Shown here in pieces: positions 27,390 through 40,148 of a stretch of 64,000 nucleotides of DNA; within the stretch, counting starts at the first letter, position 1; each line of letters starts with the position of its first letter. Made by a program: the position numbers and the translations under genes. This DNA is from an uncultured Clostridia bacterium (lineage in GTDB: Bacteria; Bacillota; Clostridia; Christensenellales; UBA1242), in NCBI GenBank assembly GCA_944362545.1, contig CALVTJ010000002.1:36134-100133 (forward strand), in the 5' to 3' direction. The notes below the pieces were generated by a model, which was not told where the DNA came from, searched no databases, and worked only from the letters and a program-made list of their open reading frames with translations.

Positions 27390-29423
27390 CTACTTTTTTT
27401 TCTTGTTATTTTTAAGCAAAAACTTGCTTGGTTTGCTGTCACTCAAAAAGTAGAGTTTGTGAAGTGCTCGTGTTGAGGAAACATACAGAAGATTTCGGTC
27501 GAGTTCGTTGCGATAATTTTCCGCATTTGCAAAAGGAATAATCACACAATCAAATTCGATTCCTTTCGCTTTGGCTGGTGTTGTGATAATTCTGCGAGAG
27601 GCTACTTGTGTGTCGCTCATGATTTTGAATTTTGAGATAAGGGCACTTTCCTTTTGAAGTTTTGCTATTTCATCCTTCGATTTGCAGATGATGGCAACGC
27701 TCTGTTTTTTAAGTTTACTGTCACTCTCGCGCAGTTTCAAAACTTTGTCAATTGCTTTTGCACAACTTTTGACTTTCAAACATTCCACTTCCTCTCCATT
27801 GCGGTTGACATTTTGTGCTATGCGTTTGCCGAGTATTTTTTGCGAGAAGAGAGAAATTTGCAAGGTGCTTCGATAGGACTTTGTCAAAAATTTGACCTTT
27901 GCGTGCGTTAATTTTGCAAGATATGTGAGATATTCTGGTGACAATGTTCTGTCAATGCTTTGATAAACATCTCCAAGATAAAGTTTTTGACACTTCCAAA
28001 TTTTGTCAAAAAGGTAGAAGTGACATGGGGTGTAGTCTTGCATTTCATCCACGATGACATATTTGGCATCAAAGTCTTTTTTCAGTCCAAACAAATTTTC
28101 TTTGATGAGCATGACAGGAGCAATATCATACGCTCCGATGCTTGTCACTTCGGAAAGTTCTTGGCTTCGCAAAAACAGATTGTAAATGCGCAAAAGGTCA
28201 ACTGTCATGAAATTGTGATACAAAATCTTTTTAGCACGTTCGACAAGTTCGTTGTGTTCAATCTCTGTCACATTGAAGCGGTCGGCGATATTTTCTGCCA
28301 GAACTTCCACTCTTTTGTGAACAGGTAGTTTTGACAGGCGATTGAAGTAGACATCATGCAGATCTTCTTTTGTTATCACCATTTCCTGAAAGTTTAATGT
28401 CTTTGGAATAAACAAATTGCAAATGTCATGGTCAAGAAAGTTTTTTAGTGCATCCAAAAATTCAAAACTTGATTTGACAGCAATGTTTTCAAAATCTTGT
28501 TGATTTTGCTTGCTGATAACTCTTTCAAGCATGTCTTCTCTGGATTCAAACGGAAGATTTAACAGGCGCTTTGCCATGTTTGAAAAGGTGGTTGTAAATG
28601 CTCTACTTTCGCCAAGGGTTGGCAAAACTTCACCAATATAATCGGCAAAACTTTCGCTAGGAGACAAAATCAAGATATCTTCACTTTTGAGTTTGTCACG
28701 ATATTTATATAAAAGATATGAAACACGGTGCATGGCAATGGAAGTCTTTCCGGAACCTGCCACACCTTGCACGATGGTGTTTTTCATGTCATCGGCACGA
28801 ATCAAAACATTTTGTTCTTTTTGAATGGTTGACACAATGTCGTGCATTTTGGTGGTGGCATTCTTTGAGAGTTGTTCCATCAAGATTTCATCATCAATCA
28901 CCATGTTGCTGTCGATGTAGTAAACAAGTTTCCCATTTTGAATCTTGAATTGGCGTTTGAGGGAAACATCCCCACTTATCTGCCCTTGTGGGCAGGTGTA
29001 GCTGGTGTGACCGATTTGGTCATCATAATAGATGGAACAAACATCTGCACGCCAATCATAGACCCAATTGGTTTCGTTTTTATCTTGAACAAGTCCAAGT
29101 CCGATATAAAATTTTTGTGGTGTCGTTTGGTCATCTGCCTTGAAATCAAACCTTCCAAAGTATGGATTTTTCTTCTGGCGGTCTAGCCTTTGAAGTTCTC
29201 TTGTTAGAGAAAGATTTTGCTGGTCAAGGATTGTCATTTGAGCACGCAAACTGCCAGCCTCATCTTTGACATAATAGTAATTTTCTGCGATATACTTTTG
29301 CAGTTTTTGGATGGTGTCAAGATTTTCTTTATATTTTTTTTGCCCATCTTCTTTTAAAATGTCAATCTCGGCAAGTGTCCGCGAAAGATATTCTTTCTCC
29401 AACTCATTATCTTTCTTGTCCAT
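27390..29423 (-). CDS. helD: HelD-like superfamily 1 helicase (UvrD/Rep family, RNAP-associated helicase IV type)
   Basis: HelD-type N-terminus with coiled coil and NPYFGRFDF...FYIGLGLV. Walker A GVAGSGKTS, Walker B VIVDEMQDYT, then SYRST and GIEFDCVIIP. Confidence 0.8.
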   Translation of the reverse strand: MDKKDNELEKEYLSRTLAEIDILKEDGQKKYKENLDTIQKLQKYIAENYYYVKDEAGSLRAQMTILDQQNLSLTRELQRLDRQKKNPYFGRFDFKADDQTTPQKFYIGLGLVQDKNETNWVYDWRADVCSIYYDDQIGHTSYTCPQGQISGDVSLKRQFKIQNGKLVYYIDSNMVIDDEILMEQLSKNATTKMHDIVSTIQKEQNVLIRADDMKNTIVQGVAGSGKTSIAMHRVSYLLYKYRDKLKSEDILILSPSESFADYIGEVLPTLGESRAFTTTFSNMAKRLLNLPFESREDMLERVISKQNQQDFENIAVKSSFEFLDALKNFLDHDICNLFIPKTLNFQEMVITKEDLHDVYFNRLSKLPVHKRVEVLAENIADRFNVTEIEHNELVERAKKILYHNFMTVDLLRIYNLFLRSQELSEVTSIGAYDIAPVMLIKENLFGLKKDFDAKYVIVDEMQDYTPCHFYLFDKIWKCQKLYLGDVYQSIDRTLSPEYLTYLAKLTHAKVKFLTKSYRSTLQISLFSQKILGKRIAQNVNRNGEEVECLKVKSCAKAIDKVLKLRESDSKLKKQSVAIICKSKDEIAKLQKESALISKFKIMSDTQVASRRIITTPAKAKGIEFDCVIIPFANAENYRNELDRNLLYVSSTRALHKLYFLSDSKPSKFLLKNNKKKK

Positions 29424-29455
29424 GGGGTTTTCACCTCCTGTTTTTGTAAGAAAAT

Positions 29456-32029
29456 TTATTCTTCATCAAGGTTCGTTGATTCATATGTCACAGCATCGGT
29501 TTGTGTTGCTTCTTCATCTTGTGCTATTTCAGTTGTAGAATTATATGAATTTTCAGAATCTTCTTCATCTTCTTTTTCAGCAAGTGCAACACCGGTGATT
29601 TTGGCATTATTTTTAAGTTTCATAATCTTCACACCTTGGCTGACTCTTGAGAAATGACTGATGTCAGCGGTTGGGGTGCGAATAATCACTCCGTTGTCTG
29701 CAATGAGAAGCAAGTCGCAATCTTCTTCAATTTGTTTGAGTGAGACAAGTTTGCCGGTCTTTTCATTGAAAACACCGGCTTTCACACCGCTTCCACCGCG
29801 CTGTTGAAGTCTAAATTCATCAATTTTTGTTTGCTTGCCATATCCATTTTCGGAAATGGTGATGATGTTTGTGTTTTCATGAACGATTGCCATGTCAACA
29901 ACATAATCCCCATCGGCAAGTTTCATGCTTCTCACACCTTGGCTGTCTCTGCCGACAAGTCGGACATCAGTTTCGTTGAAGCGGATACATTTTCCATCAT
30001 GAGATGCAACCAAAATGTCATCTCTGCCAGATGTGATGTCAACGCCGATGAGTTCATCTCCATCAACAAGTTTGATGGCAATCTTGCCTACCTTTCTTAT
30101 GTTTTCATATTCCGACAGTGGTGTCTTTTTGATAAGACCATTTTTGGTTGCCATAATTAAATTGCCCTTTGCATCCTTTTTGAGTGGAATGATGGCATTG
30201 ACCTTTTCGCCAAGAGAAAGTTGCAAAAGATTGATGATGGCTCTTCCCTTTGCCTGTCGTTGTGCTTCTGGAATTTCATACGCCTTGGCGCTGTAAACTT
30301 TGCCAAGATTTGTAAAGTAGAGAAGTTCATCATGTGTCGAGCAGACAAACATCTTTTCCACAAAATCCTCATCTTTGGTCTTGTGGGCGGTTATGCCGAC
30401 TCCACCGCGATGTTGTGCTTTATATTCATCTGCTGACATACGCTTGATATAGCCCATGTGTGTCATAGATATGATGACATCTTCTTCGGCAATCAAATCT
30501 TCAATGTCAATTCCTCCCATTTCCATGCTGATTTCGGTCTTACGCTTATCTCCAAATTGCTGTTTGACCTCTTCCAAATCATCTCTGACAATCTTCAAAA
30601 CTCTTGCCGGCTTGTCAAGAATATCTTTAAGGTCGGTGATAGTCGCTTCCAACGAGGCGAGTTCTTCATTGAGTTTTTCCACTTCCAAAGATGTGAGTTT
30701 TGAAAGTTTCATTTCCAAAATGGCGTTTGCTTGAATTTCATCAAGTTCAAATTGTGTGGTCAAGTTTGTGACTGCTTCGTTCTTGTCAGATGATTGTTTG
30801 ATAACCTTGATAACTTCATCGATGTTTGCAAGCGCAATAACCAATCCTTTGACAATATGTTCTCTCTCTTCCGCTTTTTTAAGGTCATAACGTGTCTTGC
30901 GCACAACCACTTCTTTTTGGTGTTCAAGATAATAATAGAGCATCTCCTTCAGGTTGAGCACTTTTGGGACGCCGTTTACAAGGGCGAGCATGATGATGCC
31001 ACTGCTTTGTTGAAGCATGGTGTGTTTGTAAAGAAGGTTCAAAACCACCTGTGCATTGGCATCCTTTTTGATGTCAACAACAACTCTCAAACCATCTCTG
31101 TCACTTTCATCACGCAGGTCGCTGATGCCATCAATTTTTTTGTTTTTGACCATGTCGGCCATTTGTTGAATGAATCGCGCTTTGTTGACCTGATATGGAA
31201 GTTCGGTAATCAAAATTCTTTGTCTGCCAGATGATGTTTCTTCAATCTCGGCACGACCTCTGACCAAAATTCCACCACGCCCGGTTTTGTAGGCATGTTT
31301 AACTGCCGTTCTGCCCATGATAATTCCACCGGTTGGATAGTCAGGTGCAGGGATGATTTTGATAAGTTCATCAATGTCGATGTCTGGGTTGTCAATCATG
31401 GCTTGCAGACCGTTTATAACTTCGGTTAAGTTGTGTGGTGGGATGTTTGTTGCCATGCCGACAGCAATGCCATCTGCACCATTTACCAAAAGATTTGGAA
31501 ATCTTGAAGGCAAAACCATAGGCTCTTGCAAGGTGTCATCAAAGTTTGGTCTGAAGTCAACTGTTTCTTTGTCAATGTCACGAAGCATAAGTTCGGCAAT
31601 CTTTGAAAGTCTTGCTTCGGTATAACGCTGTGCGGCTGGTGGGTCTCCATCGACAGAACCAAAGTTTCCGTGTCCATCAACGAGTGGATATCTTATTGAA
31701 AAGTCCTGTGCAAGTCTTACCAAAGCATCATAAATTGAACTGTCGCCATGTGGGTGATATTTTCCCATAACTTCACCGACAATTCTTGCACTCTTTTTGT
31801 ATGGTTTGTCATAGAAGTTGTTGAGTTCTCCCATGCTATACAAAATTCTTCTGTGAACAGGCTTGAGTCCATCTCTAACATCCGGAATCGCTCTTGAAAC
31901 ATTGACAGCCATGGCATAGGCAACAAACGACCTTTTCAGTTCGCCAACAACTTCAATCGGTTTGATTTTTTCATTTGCAAAGAGTTCTCGCAGATTTTTT
32001 TTCTTCTCTTCATCTTCTTTCTTGCTCAT
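29456..32029 (-). CDS. gyrA: DNA gyrase subunit A
   Basis: [20 protein letters not shown] and the QRDR-like region [18 protein letters not shown]-terminal beta-pinwheel repeats and an acidic tail. Confidence 0.98.
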   Translation of the reverse strand: MSKKEDEEKKKNLRELFANEKIKPIEVVGELKRSFVAYAMAVNVSRAIPDVRDGLKPVHRRILYSMGELNNFYDKPYKKSARIVGEVMGKYHPHGDSSIYDALVRLAQDFSIRYPLVDGHGNFGSVDGDPPAAQRYTEARLSKIAELMLRDIDKETVDFRPNFDDTLQEPMVLPSRFPNLLVNGADGIAVGMATNIPPHNLTEVINGLQAMIDNPDIDIDELIKIIPAPDYPTGGIIMGRTAVKHAYKTGRGGILVRGRAEIEETSSGRQRILITELPYQVNKARFIQQMADMVKNKKIDGISDLRDESDRDGLRVVVDIKKDANAQVVLNLLYKHTMLQQSSGIIMLALVNGVPKVLNLKEMLYYYLEHQKEVVVRKTRYDLKKAEEREHIVKGLVIALANIDEVIKVIKQSSDKNEAVTNLTTQFELDEIQANAILEMKLSKLTSLEVEKLNEELASLEATITDLKDILDKPARVLKIVRDDLEEVKQQFGDKRKTEISMEMGGIDIEDLIAEEDVIISMTHMGYIKRMSADEYKAQHRGGVGITAHKTKDEDFVEKMFVCSTHDELLYFTNLGKVYSAKAYEIPEAQRQAKGRAIINLLQLSLGEKVNAIIPLKKDAKGNLIMATKNGLIKKTPLSEYENIRKVGKIAIKLVDGDELIGVDITSGRDDILVASHDGKCIRFNETDVRLVGRDSQGVRSMKLADGDYVVDMAIVHENTNIITISENGYGKQTKIDEFRLQQRGGSGVKAGVFNEKTGKLVSLKQIEEDCDLLLIADNGVIIRTPTADISHFSRVSQGVKIMKLKNNAKITGVALAEKEDEEDSENSYNSTTEIAQDEEATQTDAVTYESTNLDEE

Positions 32030-32063
32030 TTTTCTTCCTCATTTTCTTTATATTTTATCTTGA

Positions 32064-34151
<2,088 letters not shown>

Positions 34152-34233
34152 TTATAACATATAGGAGAAGAAAAAACAATTTGTTTTGATGTTTTTCTTG
34201 CATTTTTTTAACAATAAACATCAAACCTTGCCA

Positions 34234-34262
34234 TTGACAAAAATAATGAAAAAGTTTATAAT
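34234..34262 (+). promoter_or_regulatory. Consensus sigma-A promoter of the Fic gene
   Basis: TTGACA (34234-34239), 17-nt spacer, TATAAT (34257-34262). This placement makes the tracked TTG start at 34266 implausible. Confidence 0.65.
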
Positions 34263-34286
34263 AATTTGGCAAAAAGGATATGGAAA

Positions 34287-35420
34287 ATGGGAATCAAATC
34301 AGCTAATGCTTCAGTAAAAAAATATGATTTTGAAACTTTTATGAGAAAGTTTGAAAAAGTTGTTGGACAATTGACCATAGAAGAGGGATACAAACTTTAC
34401 ACAGAAAAAAAGTGTATTTTTGTCAATTCAAAGCCAAAGCAAGGAGCCAAAGAATTTTCTAGCTTTTATTGTTTTAATGAGAGAGACTATTCAGCCCTCA
34501 ATCTTGTTCTTTCTGATATCAGCAAAAAAATATCTGCACTTCGCAAAGGAAGCCTTGAAAGAGCAGACAAAATGGACAAAGTTGAAGAAATTATGAGAGG
34601 TGTGATATATGAGGTAGAATCTGATCCGGAATCTGCTGTTTTTATTTCAAATTATTATTACAAAAAATTTATCAAACCATATATCAAAAAAATTTATGAT
34701 TATTACACAAAAAACGAATTTGATGCCAATGAATGTAAGCAAATGTATATGCAAGCGCACAATGATATTTTAAAACATAAAGTGTTTGGACAATTTGTTG
34801 ATAGTAATTATATCATAAACAATTTTTTAACCTTTAACACTGCTTTTCAATTTGTCTTTGAGTATGCATATTCAAAACGATACACCGAAAAAACAAAAGA
34901 GGATTTTTTAAAACTTATTTTTAATACTTATGAGTTGGAGTCTGGGCATGCAAATCAAGGTTTTAGGTCACATAATGTGAGAATAAGGAAAGGAAATTGG
35001 ACTCCTGTCGATGGTTCACAAGTTGGGAAAAGTATGGATATTTTGTCAGATTGGTATGCAAACAGCAGAGATGCGAAAAGTTTAAATCCAATTGAATTGG
35101 CGTGCATAATTCATTGTGAACTTGTGCGTATGCAACCATTTTCAGATGGAAACCACAGACTTGCAAGACTTGTTGCAAACGAAACATTGATTGAAGCAGA
35201 TTTTCCATCCGTTTCCATTCCTTTCAATTTGAGAGATGAATACAACAAGGCGACTAACAAGGCAATTGAAGAACACGATATTGATGATTTAATTGACATT
35301 TATTATGAACAGGTATATAAAAATGCATTGAAGATAAATAAATGTCTTGATAAAGAAGAGAAAAAACAAGAGAATCAAGATAGAAAAAGAGAAAATGAAG
35401 GCGCAGAAATGCAACTGTAA
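34287..35420 (+). CDS. Fic/DOC-family protein with a non-canonical active-site motif
   Basis: Fido core IIHCELVRMQPFSDGNHRLARLVANE aligns to HPFx[DE]GNGRxxR but reads QPFSDGNHR. Flap-like GFRSHNVRI lies upstream. ATG at 34287 follows AAAGGA. Confidence 0.75.
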   Translation: MGIKSANASVKKYDFETFMRKFEKVVGQLTIEEGYKLYTEKKCIFVNSKPKQGAKEFSSFYCFNERDYSALNLVLSDISKKISALRKGSLERADKMDKVEEIMRGVIYEVESDPESAVFISNYYYKKFIKPYIKKIYDYYTKNEFDANECKQMYMQAHNDILKHKVFGQFVDSNYIINNFLTFNTAFQFVFEYAYSKRYTEKTKEDFLKLIFNTYELESGHANQGFRSHNVRIRKGNWTPVDGSQVGKSMDILSDWYANSRDAKSLNPIELACIIHCELVRMQPFSDGNHRLARLVANETLIEADFPSVSIPFNLRDEYNKATNKAIEEHDIDDLIDIYYEQVYKNALKINKCLDKEEKKQENQDRKRENEGAEMQL

Positions 35421-35465
35421 AAGAAGGGCAACTGTAAAGTTGTTTTTTTTCTTTGCATAAAACTC

Positions 35466-35494
35466 TTGACAATGCATATAAATGTGTGTATAAT
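35466..35494 (+). promoter_or_regulatory. Consensus sigma-A promoter of tRNA-fMet
   Basis: TTGACA (35466-35471), 17-nt spacer, TATAAT (35489-35494). The tRNA starts 13 nt later. Confidence 0.75.
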
Positions 35495-35506
35495 AAAAAA
35501 TGATGA

Positions 35507-35583
<77 letters not shown>

Positions 35584-35591
35584 GAAAAAGA

Positions 35592-35634
35592 AATCGCTAT
35601 ATGCCTGTAAAATAAAGGTGTATAGCGATTTTTC
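35592..35634 (+). terminator. Terminator after tRNA-fMet
   Basis: 10-bp stem aatcgctata / tatagcgatt, 19-nt loop, then TTTTC. Confidence 0.55.
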
Positions 35635-35747
35635 ATTTATAATAAATGTTGTCAAGATGATATTGTTTTTATTCAAAATTTGTCAATGTGTGAGAAAAGT
35701 GTGAGATGTTGAAAAAAATAAAGCAGAGTTTTTATTTGCTCTACTTT

Positions 35748-35948
35748 TCAGTCATTTATAAGTTCATCAATGCTGATGTTGAAGATTTTTGAAAGTTTTC
35801 GTAGCATGGCAATAGAGGGTTCGGTTCGACCTTGTTCCCAATTTGCATAACAACTTTCAACAACACCAAGTTTGTCAGCCACTTGCTTTTGTGTGAGATT
35901 GTTGTCCTTTCGTGCGATTTTCAGATTTTCACAAAAATTTTTATCCAT
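35748..35948 (-). CDS. XRE-family HTH transcriptional regulator (66 aa)
   Basis: LTQKQVADKLGVVESCYANWEQGRTEPSIAMLRKLSKIFNISIDELI is a classical Cro/C1 HTH. TAAAAT lies 6 nt upstream of the ATG with no SD. Confidence 0.88.
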   Translation of the reverse strand: MDKNFCENLKIARKDNNLTQKQVADKLGVVESCYANWEQGRTEPSIAMLRKLSKIFNISIDELIND

Positions 35949-35957
35949 GCCTATATT

Positions 35958-36010
35958 TTATCTAAAACTAGACAAAATATCTTGACACTAGACAATTTAT
36001 CTAGTATAAT
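35958..36010. promoter_or_regulatory. Divergent control region: consensus promoter whose spacer is an operator-like repeat set
   Basis: TTGACA (35982-35987), 17-nt spacer, TATAAT (36005-36010). Four 7-8-bp half-sites are present: TTATCTA (35958), CTAGACAA (35968), CTAGACAA (35988), TTATCTAG (35997). Confidence 0.6.
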
Positions 36011-36029
36011 ATATCCATTGGAGGCAAAT

Positions 36030-36728
36030 ATGGAAGATATAAGAATTGCAGAAGATGAAGAACAGAAACTTTTACATATCAAATTTACTATGCCATGGTT
36101 TTTGCATATGATATTTATTCTCGGATGTTTAGTTATGTTGGTGTGTGCGATTTTGATGACACAACCGCCAATTATAGGTGAGATTGTTGCACTTTATTGG
36201 ATTCTGTTTGTATTTTTTTTGGTAGTTTATATTGCGTATTTGTTTGGTATTAAGCATCAAGAGTGTGTTGTGACAGATAAAATGATAAGAGGAAATCAAT
36301 TTATATTGTTTGGCTACAAAAGATATGGTTTTAGATTTGACACAATCAGCAATGTTGAAGCGAAAAATGTGTTTGGTGTAAACAATATTCGTTTGACATT
36401 CACACAAGGCTACACAAGTTTAGAGAGAAATGGAAAGTGTTATTATGATCTTAAATGTGTGGCCGATTATGAATATGTGATTGAAAAATTAAATCAAATA
36501 TTATCAAAAGTTAAAAATGACAAAGATGTTTCATCAAAACTTGCACTCAAGCAAACGGAGGCGTTAAACAACATTGCATCTTCCATGAAAAATGTTCCTG
36601 AAAACAATTCCAGAAATAATGAAGATGTGGTTGAGTCAATCAAGAAATTGAAAGAACTTTTGGACAGCGGAATTATCACACAACAAGAATTTGAAGAGAA
36701 GAAAAAGAAATTGTTGGAAAAAATTTAA
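36030..36728 (+). CDS. Membrane protein with bPH_2/DUF304-like domain and C-terminal SHOCT domain
   Basis: GGAGG lies 5 nt before the ATG at 36030. Two TM helices are followed by ECVVTDKMIRGNQFILFGYKRYGFRFDTISNVEAKNVFGVNNIRLTF (PH-like). The C-terminus SIKKLKELLDSGIITQQEFEEKKKKLL is SHOCT. Confidence 0.65.
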   Translation: MEDIRIAEDEEQKLLHIKFTMPWFLHMIFILGCLVMLVCAILMTQPPIIGEIVALYWILFVFFLVVYIAYLFGIKHQECVVTDKMIRGNQFILFGYKRYGFRFDTISNVEAKNVFGVNNIRLTFTQGYTSLERNGKCYYDLKCVADYEYVIEKLNQILSKVKNDKDVSSKLALKQTEALNNIASSMKNVPENNSRNNEDVVESIKKLKELLDSGIITQQEFEEKKKKLLEKI

Positions 36729-36768
36729 AAAACAGCACGCTCTTGTGCTGTTTTTTATGTGTTCTTTT

Positions 36769-37557
36769 TTAAATTATCATTGTGGCGACAAGGCAGAAGA
36801 ACGCAAGGAAAAGTGCCAAGTGGTCAAATCTGCTTTTTAAGAAGTTTTCAAGGCAGGCATAGCCAGATAAAACAAGACAACCGATACAGAAGAGAATGTT
36901 TGTTATGTTTGTGGCATAGAGCAAAGCCGTTAGCATTTGCCCAAACAAAATGCCAATACCTAGAAACATAATAAACAAACTTAAAGTATCAAATGGATTT
37001 TTTATTTTTTTGAGAATCAGCAAAAGCAGTGTTAAGGCGCAGGCGAGTGCAAGACCAATCAAAAAGCCATAGAAAGTTTCCATGCCAATGTAAAGAGCAG
37101 AAAATGCCAAACATATGCTTGTCAAAAGAAAGGCAGAGTTTTGAAGGAGTGTTCCATCACTGTTTAAGAAGAGGTGCTTGCTTTGTCTCTTCTTGTCTTT
37201 TTGTTGCGGGACAGTTTCTTCTTCATTGATCACTTCTTCATCTGTCACTTCTTCTTTAATCTCTTTGGTTTCAGAAAGGTTATCTTCAGTCTGTGGCAAA
37301 CTTTCTTTTTTGATTTTTAAATATTCTTTTAAATTGAAAAGTGACAAAAATTGTGGAATGATTGCAATTATAATGAAAATTGAATAACCAGCAAAATTGT
37401 TGTGATAATTTGCACCAACTATTGCTAGGCAGACAAGACTTGCTAGAGCGAGAGTTTGAAACAAGAAAAGAAGTGTCTTGTTCTTTCTGAAAAAACAGAC
37501 ACAACCAGCCAAAATTGCTGTGGCAACAAACATACAAATTACCGCTACCAATAACAT
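36769..37557 (-). CDS. Polytopic membrane protein, unknown function, with a central acidic linker
   Basis: Multiple TM helices on both sides of an E/K-rich loop. I prefer the ATG at 37557 (MLLVAVICMF), which sits 6 nt after a TATAAT. Confidence 0.5.
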   Translation of the reverse strand: MLLVAVICMFVATAILAGCVCFFRKNKTLLFLFQTLALASLVCLAIVGANYHNNFAGYSIFIIIAIIPQFLSLFNLKEYLKIKKESLPQTEDNLSETKEIKEEVTDEEVINEEETVPQQKDKKRQSKHLFLNSDGTLLQNSAFLLTSICLAFSALYIGMETFYGFLIGLALACALTLLLLILKKIKNPFDTLSLFIMFLGIGILFGQMLTALLYATNITNILFCIGCLVLSGYACLENFLKSRFDHLALFLAFFCLVATMII

Positions 37558-37563
37558 ATTTTT

Positions 37564-37592
37564 ATTATAAACAAATTTTGGCAAATTGTCCA
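37564..37592 (-). promoter_or_regulatory. Promoter placed for leaderless translation of the membrane protein
   Basis: On the minus strand: TGGACA (37587-37592), 17-nt spacer, TATAAT (37564-37569), 6 nt, ATG. Confidence 0.5.
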
Positions 37593-37678
37593 ACAAAAAT
37601 AGTCAATTTTACAATATAGTAAAAAAGAAAGTCACAGGCAATTCGCTGTGACTTTTTTATCATGGAAAAATTTTATCA

Positions 37679-39358
37679 TTATTTTGTTGGTTTTGGCATT
37701 TTGAAACCATCTTTGAGAGAGATTGTGTAGTTGAAAATCATGTTGTCTTTTGTGGAGTCTTTGTCTACACAATAATAACCTTTTCTCATAAATTGGAATT
37801 TGTCTTCAATCTTTGCCTTTTTCAAGAAGTTTTCAGCAAGTGCCTTTGATTCAGTCATAGAATTTGGGGTGAGCATTTCATCAAGTGTGACACCTTCACT
37901 CATGGCTTTGATTGGGTCAATATATTCATCCTTTATGAGATTTTTGAAATTTCTTATGGTGATTTCAAAACAATTGTTTGCAGAAACGAAGTGAATGGTT
38001 CCTTTGCATTTGATGCCGGATGTGTCGTTTCCGCTCTTGGTGTTTGGAACATATTCACATTCCAAGTGGTCGATTTCGCCGTTCTTGCCATAGACAACTT
38101 TGTTGCATTTGATAATGTATGCACCTTTAAGGCGGACAATTCCGCCGACAACAAGGCGATTGTATTTCGGTGGTGGATTTAGACTGAAGTCCTCTTTTTC
38201 AATGTAAATCTCTTTGCTGAAAAGTGCTTTGTGTTGTCCGGCAGTTTCATCATTCGGATTGTTGTCAATGAGCACCTCTTCTTCGCCTTCATAGTTTGTG
38301 ATAAGCACTTTGAGTGGGTCAAGCACAACCATTGCGCGAGTGGCGATTTGGTTGAGGTCATTTCTTATGTGATAGTCAAGAGCAGAAAGTGGGATGACAC
38401 TGTCCGCTTTTGTGACACCAGCACTTTTGATGAAATCTTTTATGCCCTGTGCGGTGTAGCCTCTTCTTTTCATTCCAACAATGGTCAAAAATCTTGGGTC
38501 ATCCCAGCCCATAACCTTTTTGTCATTGACAAGTTGCTTGAGATGTCTTTTGCCGAGCAGAACATTTTCAAGATTGAGTTTGGCAAATTCAATTTGTCGT
38601 GGTGGATATGGTTTTTTCCAACCCTTTTCCAAAACCCAGTTATAAAGTGGACGGTGGTCTTCAAAACTCATGTCGCACAAACTGAAAGTCACGCCTTCCA
38701 TGGCATCTTCAAGTGGATGGGCGTAATCATACATTGGATAGATGCACCACTTGTCGCCAGTGCGATAGTGATGTGCATGCAAAACTCTGTAGATAATAGG
38801 GTCACGCATGTTTATGTTTGGATGAGCCATGTCAATCTTGGCGCGGAGCACAACAGAACCATCTGCATATTTGCCGGCTTTCATATCTCTGAAAATCTGC
38901 AAACTCTCTTGCCATGGGCGGTTGCGGTAAGGGCTTTCCTTGCCAGGGGTGGTGAGTGTGCCTCTTGTGGCAGAGATTTCTTCAGCAGACTGTTCATCAA
39001 CATACGCATCGCCATTTTTGATGAGTTGTTCAGCAATTTCATACATGCCATCAAAATATGCTTCACTTGCATAAATGAGTTTTTTTGGCTTATAACCGAG
39101 CCACGCAAGGTCGGCAAGATAACTGTTTGCAAAGTCGCCATCTTCTTTTGCTGGATTTGTGTCATCCATGCGAAGATATGTGTAGCCACCATATTTCTTT
39201 GCAGTTTCAAAGTCGATTGTGATGGCTTTGCAGTGTCCGATGTGCCAATAACCACTTGGTTCTGGTGGGAAGCGAGTGATGACCTCTTTTGCCTTTCCGC
39301 TTGCAAGGTCCTTGTTGATTTCTTCTTCAATAAAGTTTGTCGGTTCGATAAGTTTCAT
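37679..39358 (-). CDS. glnS: Glutaminyl-tRNA synthetase
   Basis: NFIEEEINKDLASGKAKEVITRFPPEPSGYWHIGHCKA and LRMDDTNPAKED closely parallel E. coli GlnRS. A full C-terminal beta-barrel anticodon-binding region is present. Confidence 0.93.
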   Translation of the reverse strand: MKLIEPTNFIEEEINKDLASGKAKEVITRFPPEPSGYWHIGHCKAITIDFETAKKYGGYTYLRMDDTNPAKEDGDFANSYLADLAWLGYKPKKLIYASEAYFDGMYEIAEQLIKNGDAYVDEQSAEEISATRGTLTTPGKESPYRNRPWQESLQIFRDMKAGKYADGSVVLRAKIDMAHPNINMRDPIIYRVLHAHHYRTGDKWCIYPMYDYAHPLEDAMEGVTFSLCDMSFEDHRPLYNWVLEKGWKKPYPPRQIEFAKLNLENVLLGKRHLKQLVNDKKVMGWDDPRFLTIVGMKRRGYTAQGIKDFIKSAGVTKADSVIPLSALDYHIRNDLNQIATRAMVVLDPLKVLITNYEGEEEVLIDNNPNDETAGQHKALFSKEIYIEKEDFSLNPPPKYNRLVVGGIVRLKGAYIIKCNKVVYGKNGEIDHLECEYVPNTKSGNDTSGIKCKGTIHFVSANNCFEITIRNFKNLIKDEYIDPIKAMSEGVTLDEMLTPNSMTESKALAENFLKKAKIEDKFQFMRKGYYCVDKDSTKDNMIFNYTISLKDGFKMPKPTK

Positions 39359-39480
39359 AGTTTTGCTCCTGTAATAATCAATATTTTAAGATATAACAAA
39401 AGCAAAAGTCAAGTGTAATAACATTAAGGTAAAGATTTTTTGTGCATTTATGTCGCGAGGAAAAATTCTTTTGCGAATTT

Positions 39481-39518
39481 GCAAAAAACAAAAAATCACA
39501 AACATTTTTGTTTGTGAT
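39481..39518 (-). terminator. Intrinsic terminator after sigH
   Basis: atcacaaac / gtttgtgat 9-bp stem with a U-tract on the minus strand (plus-strand A-run 39481-39494). Confidence 0.65.
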
Positions 39519-39533
39519 GGTTTTGTGAAATAA

Positions 39534-40148
39534 TTATTTTTTGTGATTAAGTTTTGTGCGCAATTTGGTTTTTATGCGCGACAGCGAATTGTCAATGCTC
39601 TTGTTTGAGATGTGCAATGTGTTTGAAATTTCTTTGTAAGAATAGCCTTGAAGATATAGACTCAAAACCTTGTATTCAAGTTCGGACAAACTTTCTTTTA
39701 TGATCCGTTTCAATTTTTCATAATTCTCTCGGTCAATAATCTTCTCATCAGGGGCAGAGTCAATAATAAGTTCCACCGGCAGATAATCCACGCTGTCGTT
39801 TGAAGTGTTGTCTTGAAAGTTGTTAAAAGAAACCGCCGAGGAGAGTGGTTTGTTTTTGTTTGTGTTTGCCTTTTTGACTGCTGATTGAATTTGATGTTTT
39901 ATGCAGATGATAGCGAAGGTCTTGAAGGAAGTTTCTCTGTGACCGGAATAGCCTCTGATTGCTTTGTAAAGTCCAATCATCCCTTCTTGAACCAAATCTT
40001 CCAAATCTCCGCCAACAATAAAGTAGCCACGGCTGAGTTTTGTCACCAAATCTTTGTAGCGCTCAAAAAGTTCGGTTTCGGCGTTGCCGTTTCCTTCTTT
40101 GATTTGTCCCAAAAGTTGTTCATCAGAAAGTTTTTTTAAATCGTTCAT
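39534..40148 (-). CDS. sigH: RNA polymerase sigma factor SigH-like
   Basis: EDLVQEGMIGLYKAIRGYSGHRETSFKTFAIICIKHQIQSAVK parallels B. subtilis SigH. It sits in the mrnC-rlmB-(..)-sigH context. AAGGA precedes the ATG at 40148. Confidence 0.85.
   Translation of the reverse strand: MNDLKKLSDEQLLGQIKEGNGNAETELFERYKDLVTKLSRGYFIVGGDLEDLVQEGMIGLYKAIRGYSGHRETSFKTFAIICIKHQIQSAVKKANTNKNKPLSSAVSFNNFQDNTSNDSVDYLPVELIIDSAPDEKIIDRENYEKLKRIIKESLSELEYKVLSLYLQGYSYKEISNTLHISNKSIDNSLSRIKTKLRTKLNHKK

Noticed and set aside
38231-39418. Long antisense ORFs opposite glnS (395 aa), secA (46784..47725, 48329..49306), gyrB (32643..33269) and metG (24940..25488)
   Set aside because: These are shadow ORFs on the strand opposite well-supported conserved genes. 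They have low-complexity F/C/L-rich composition and no SD.
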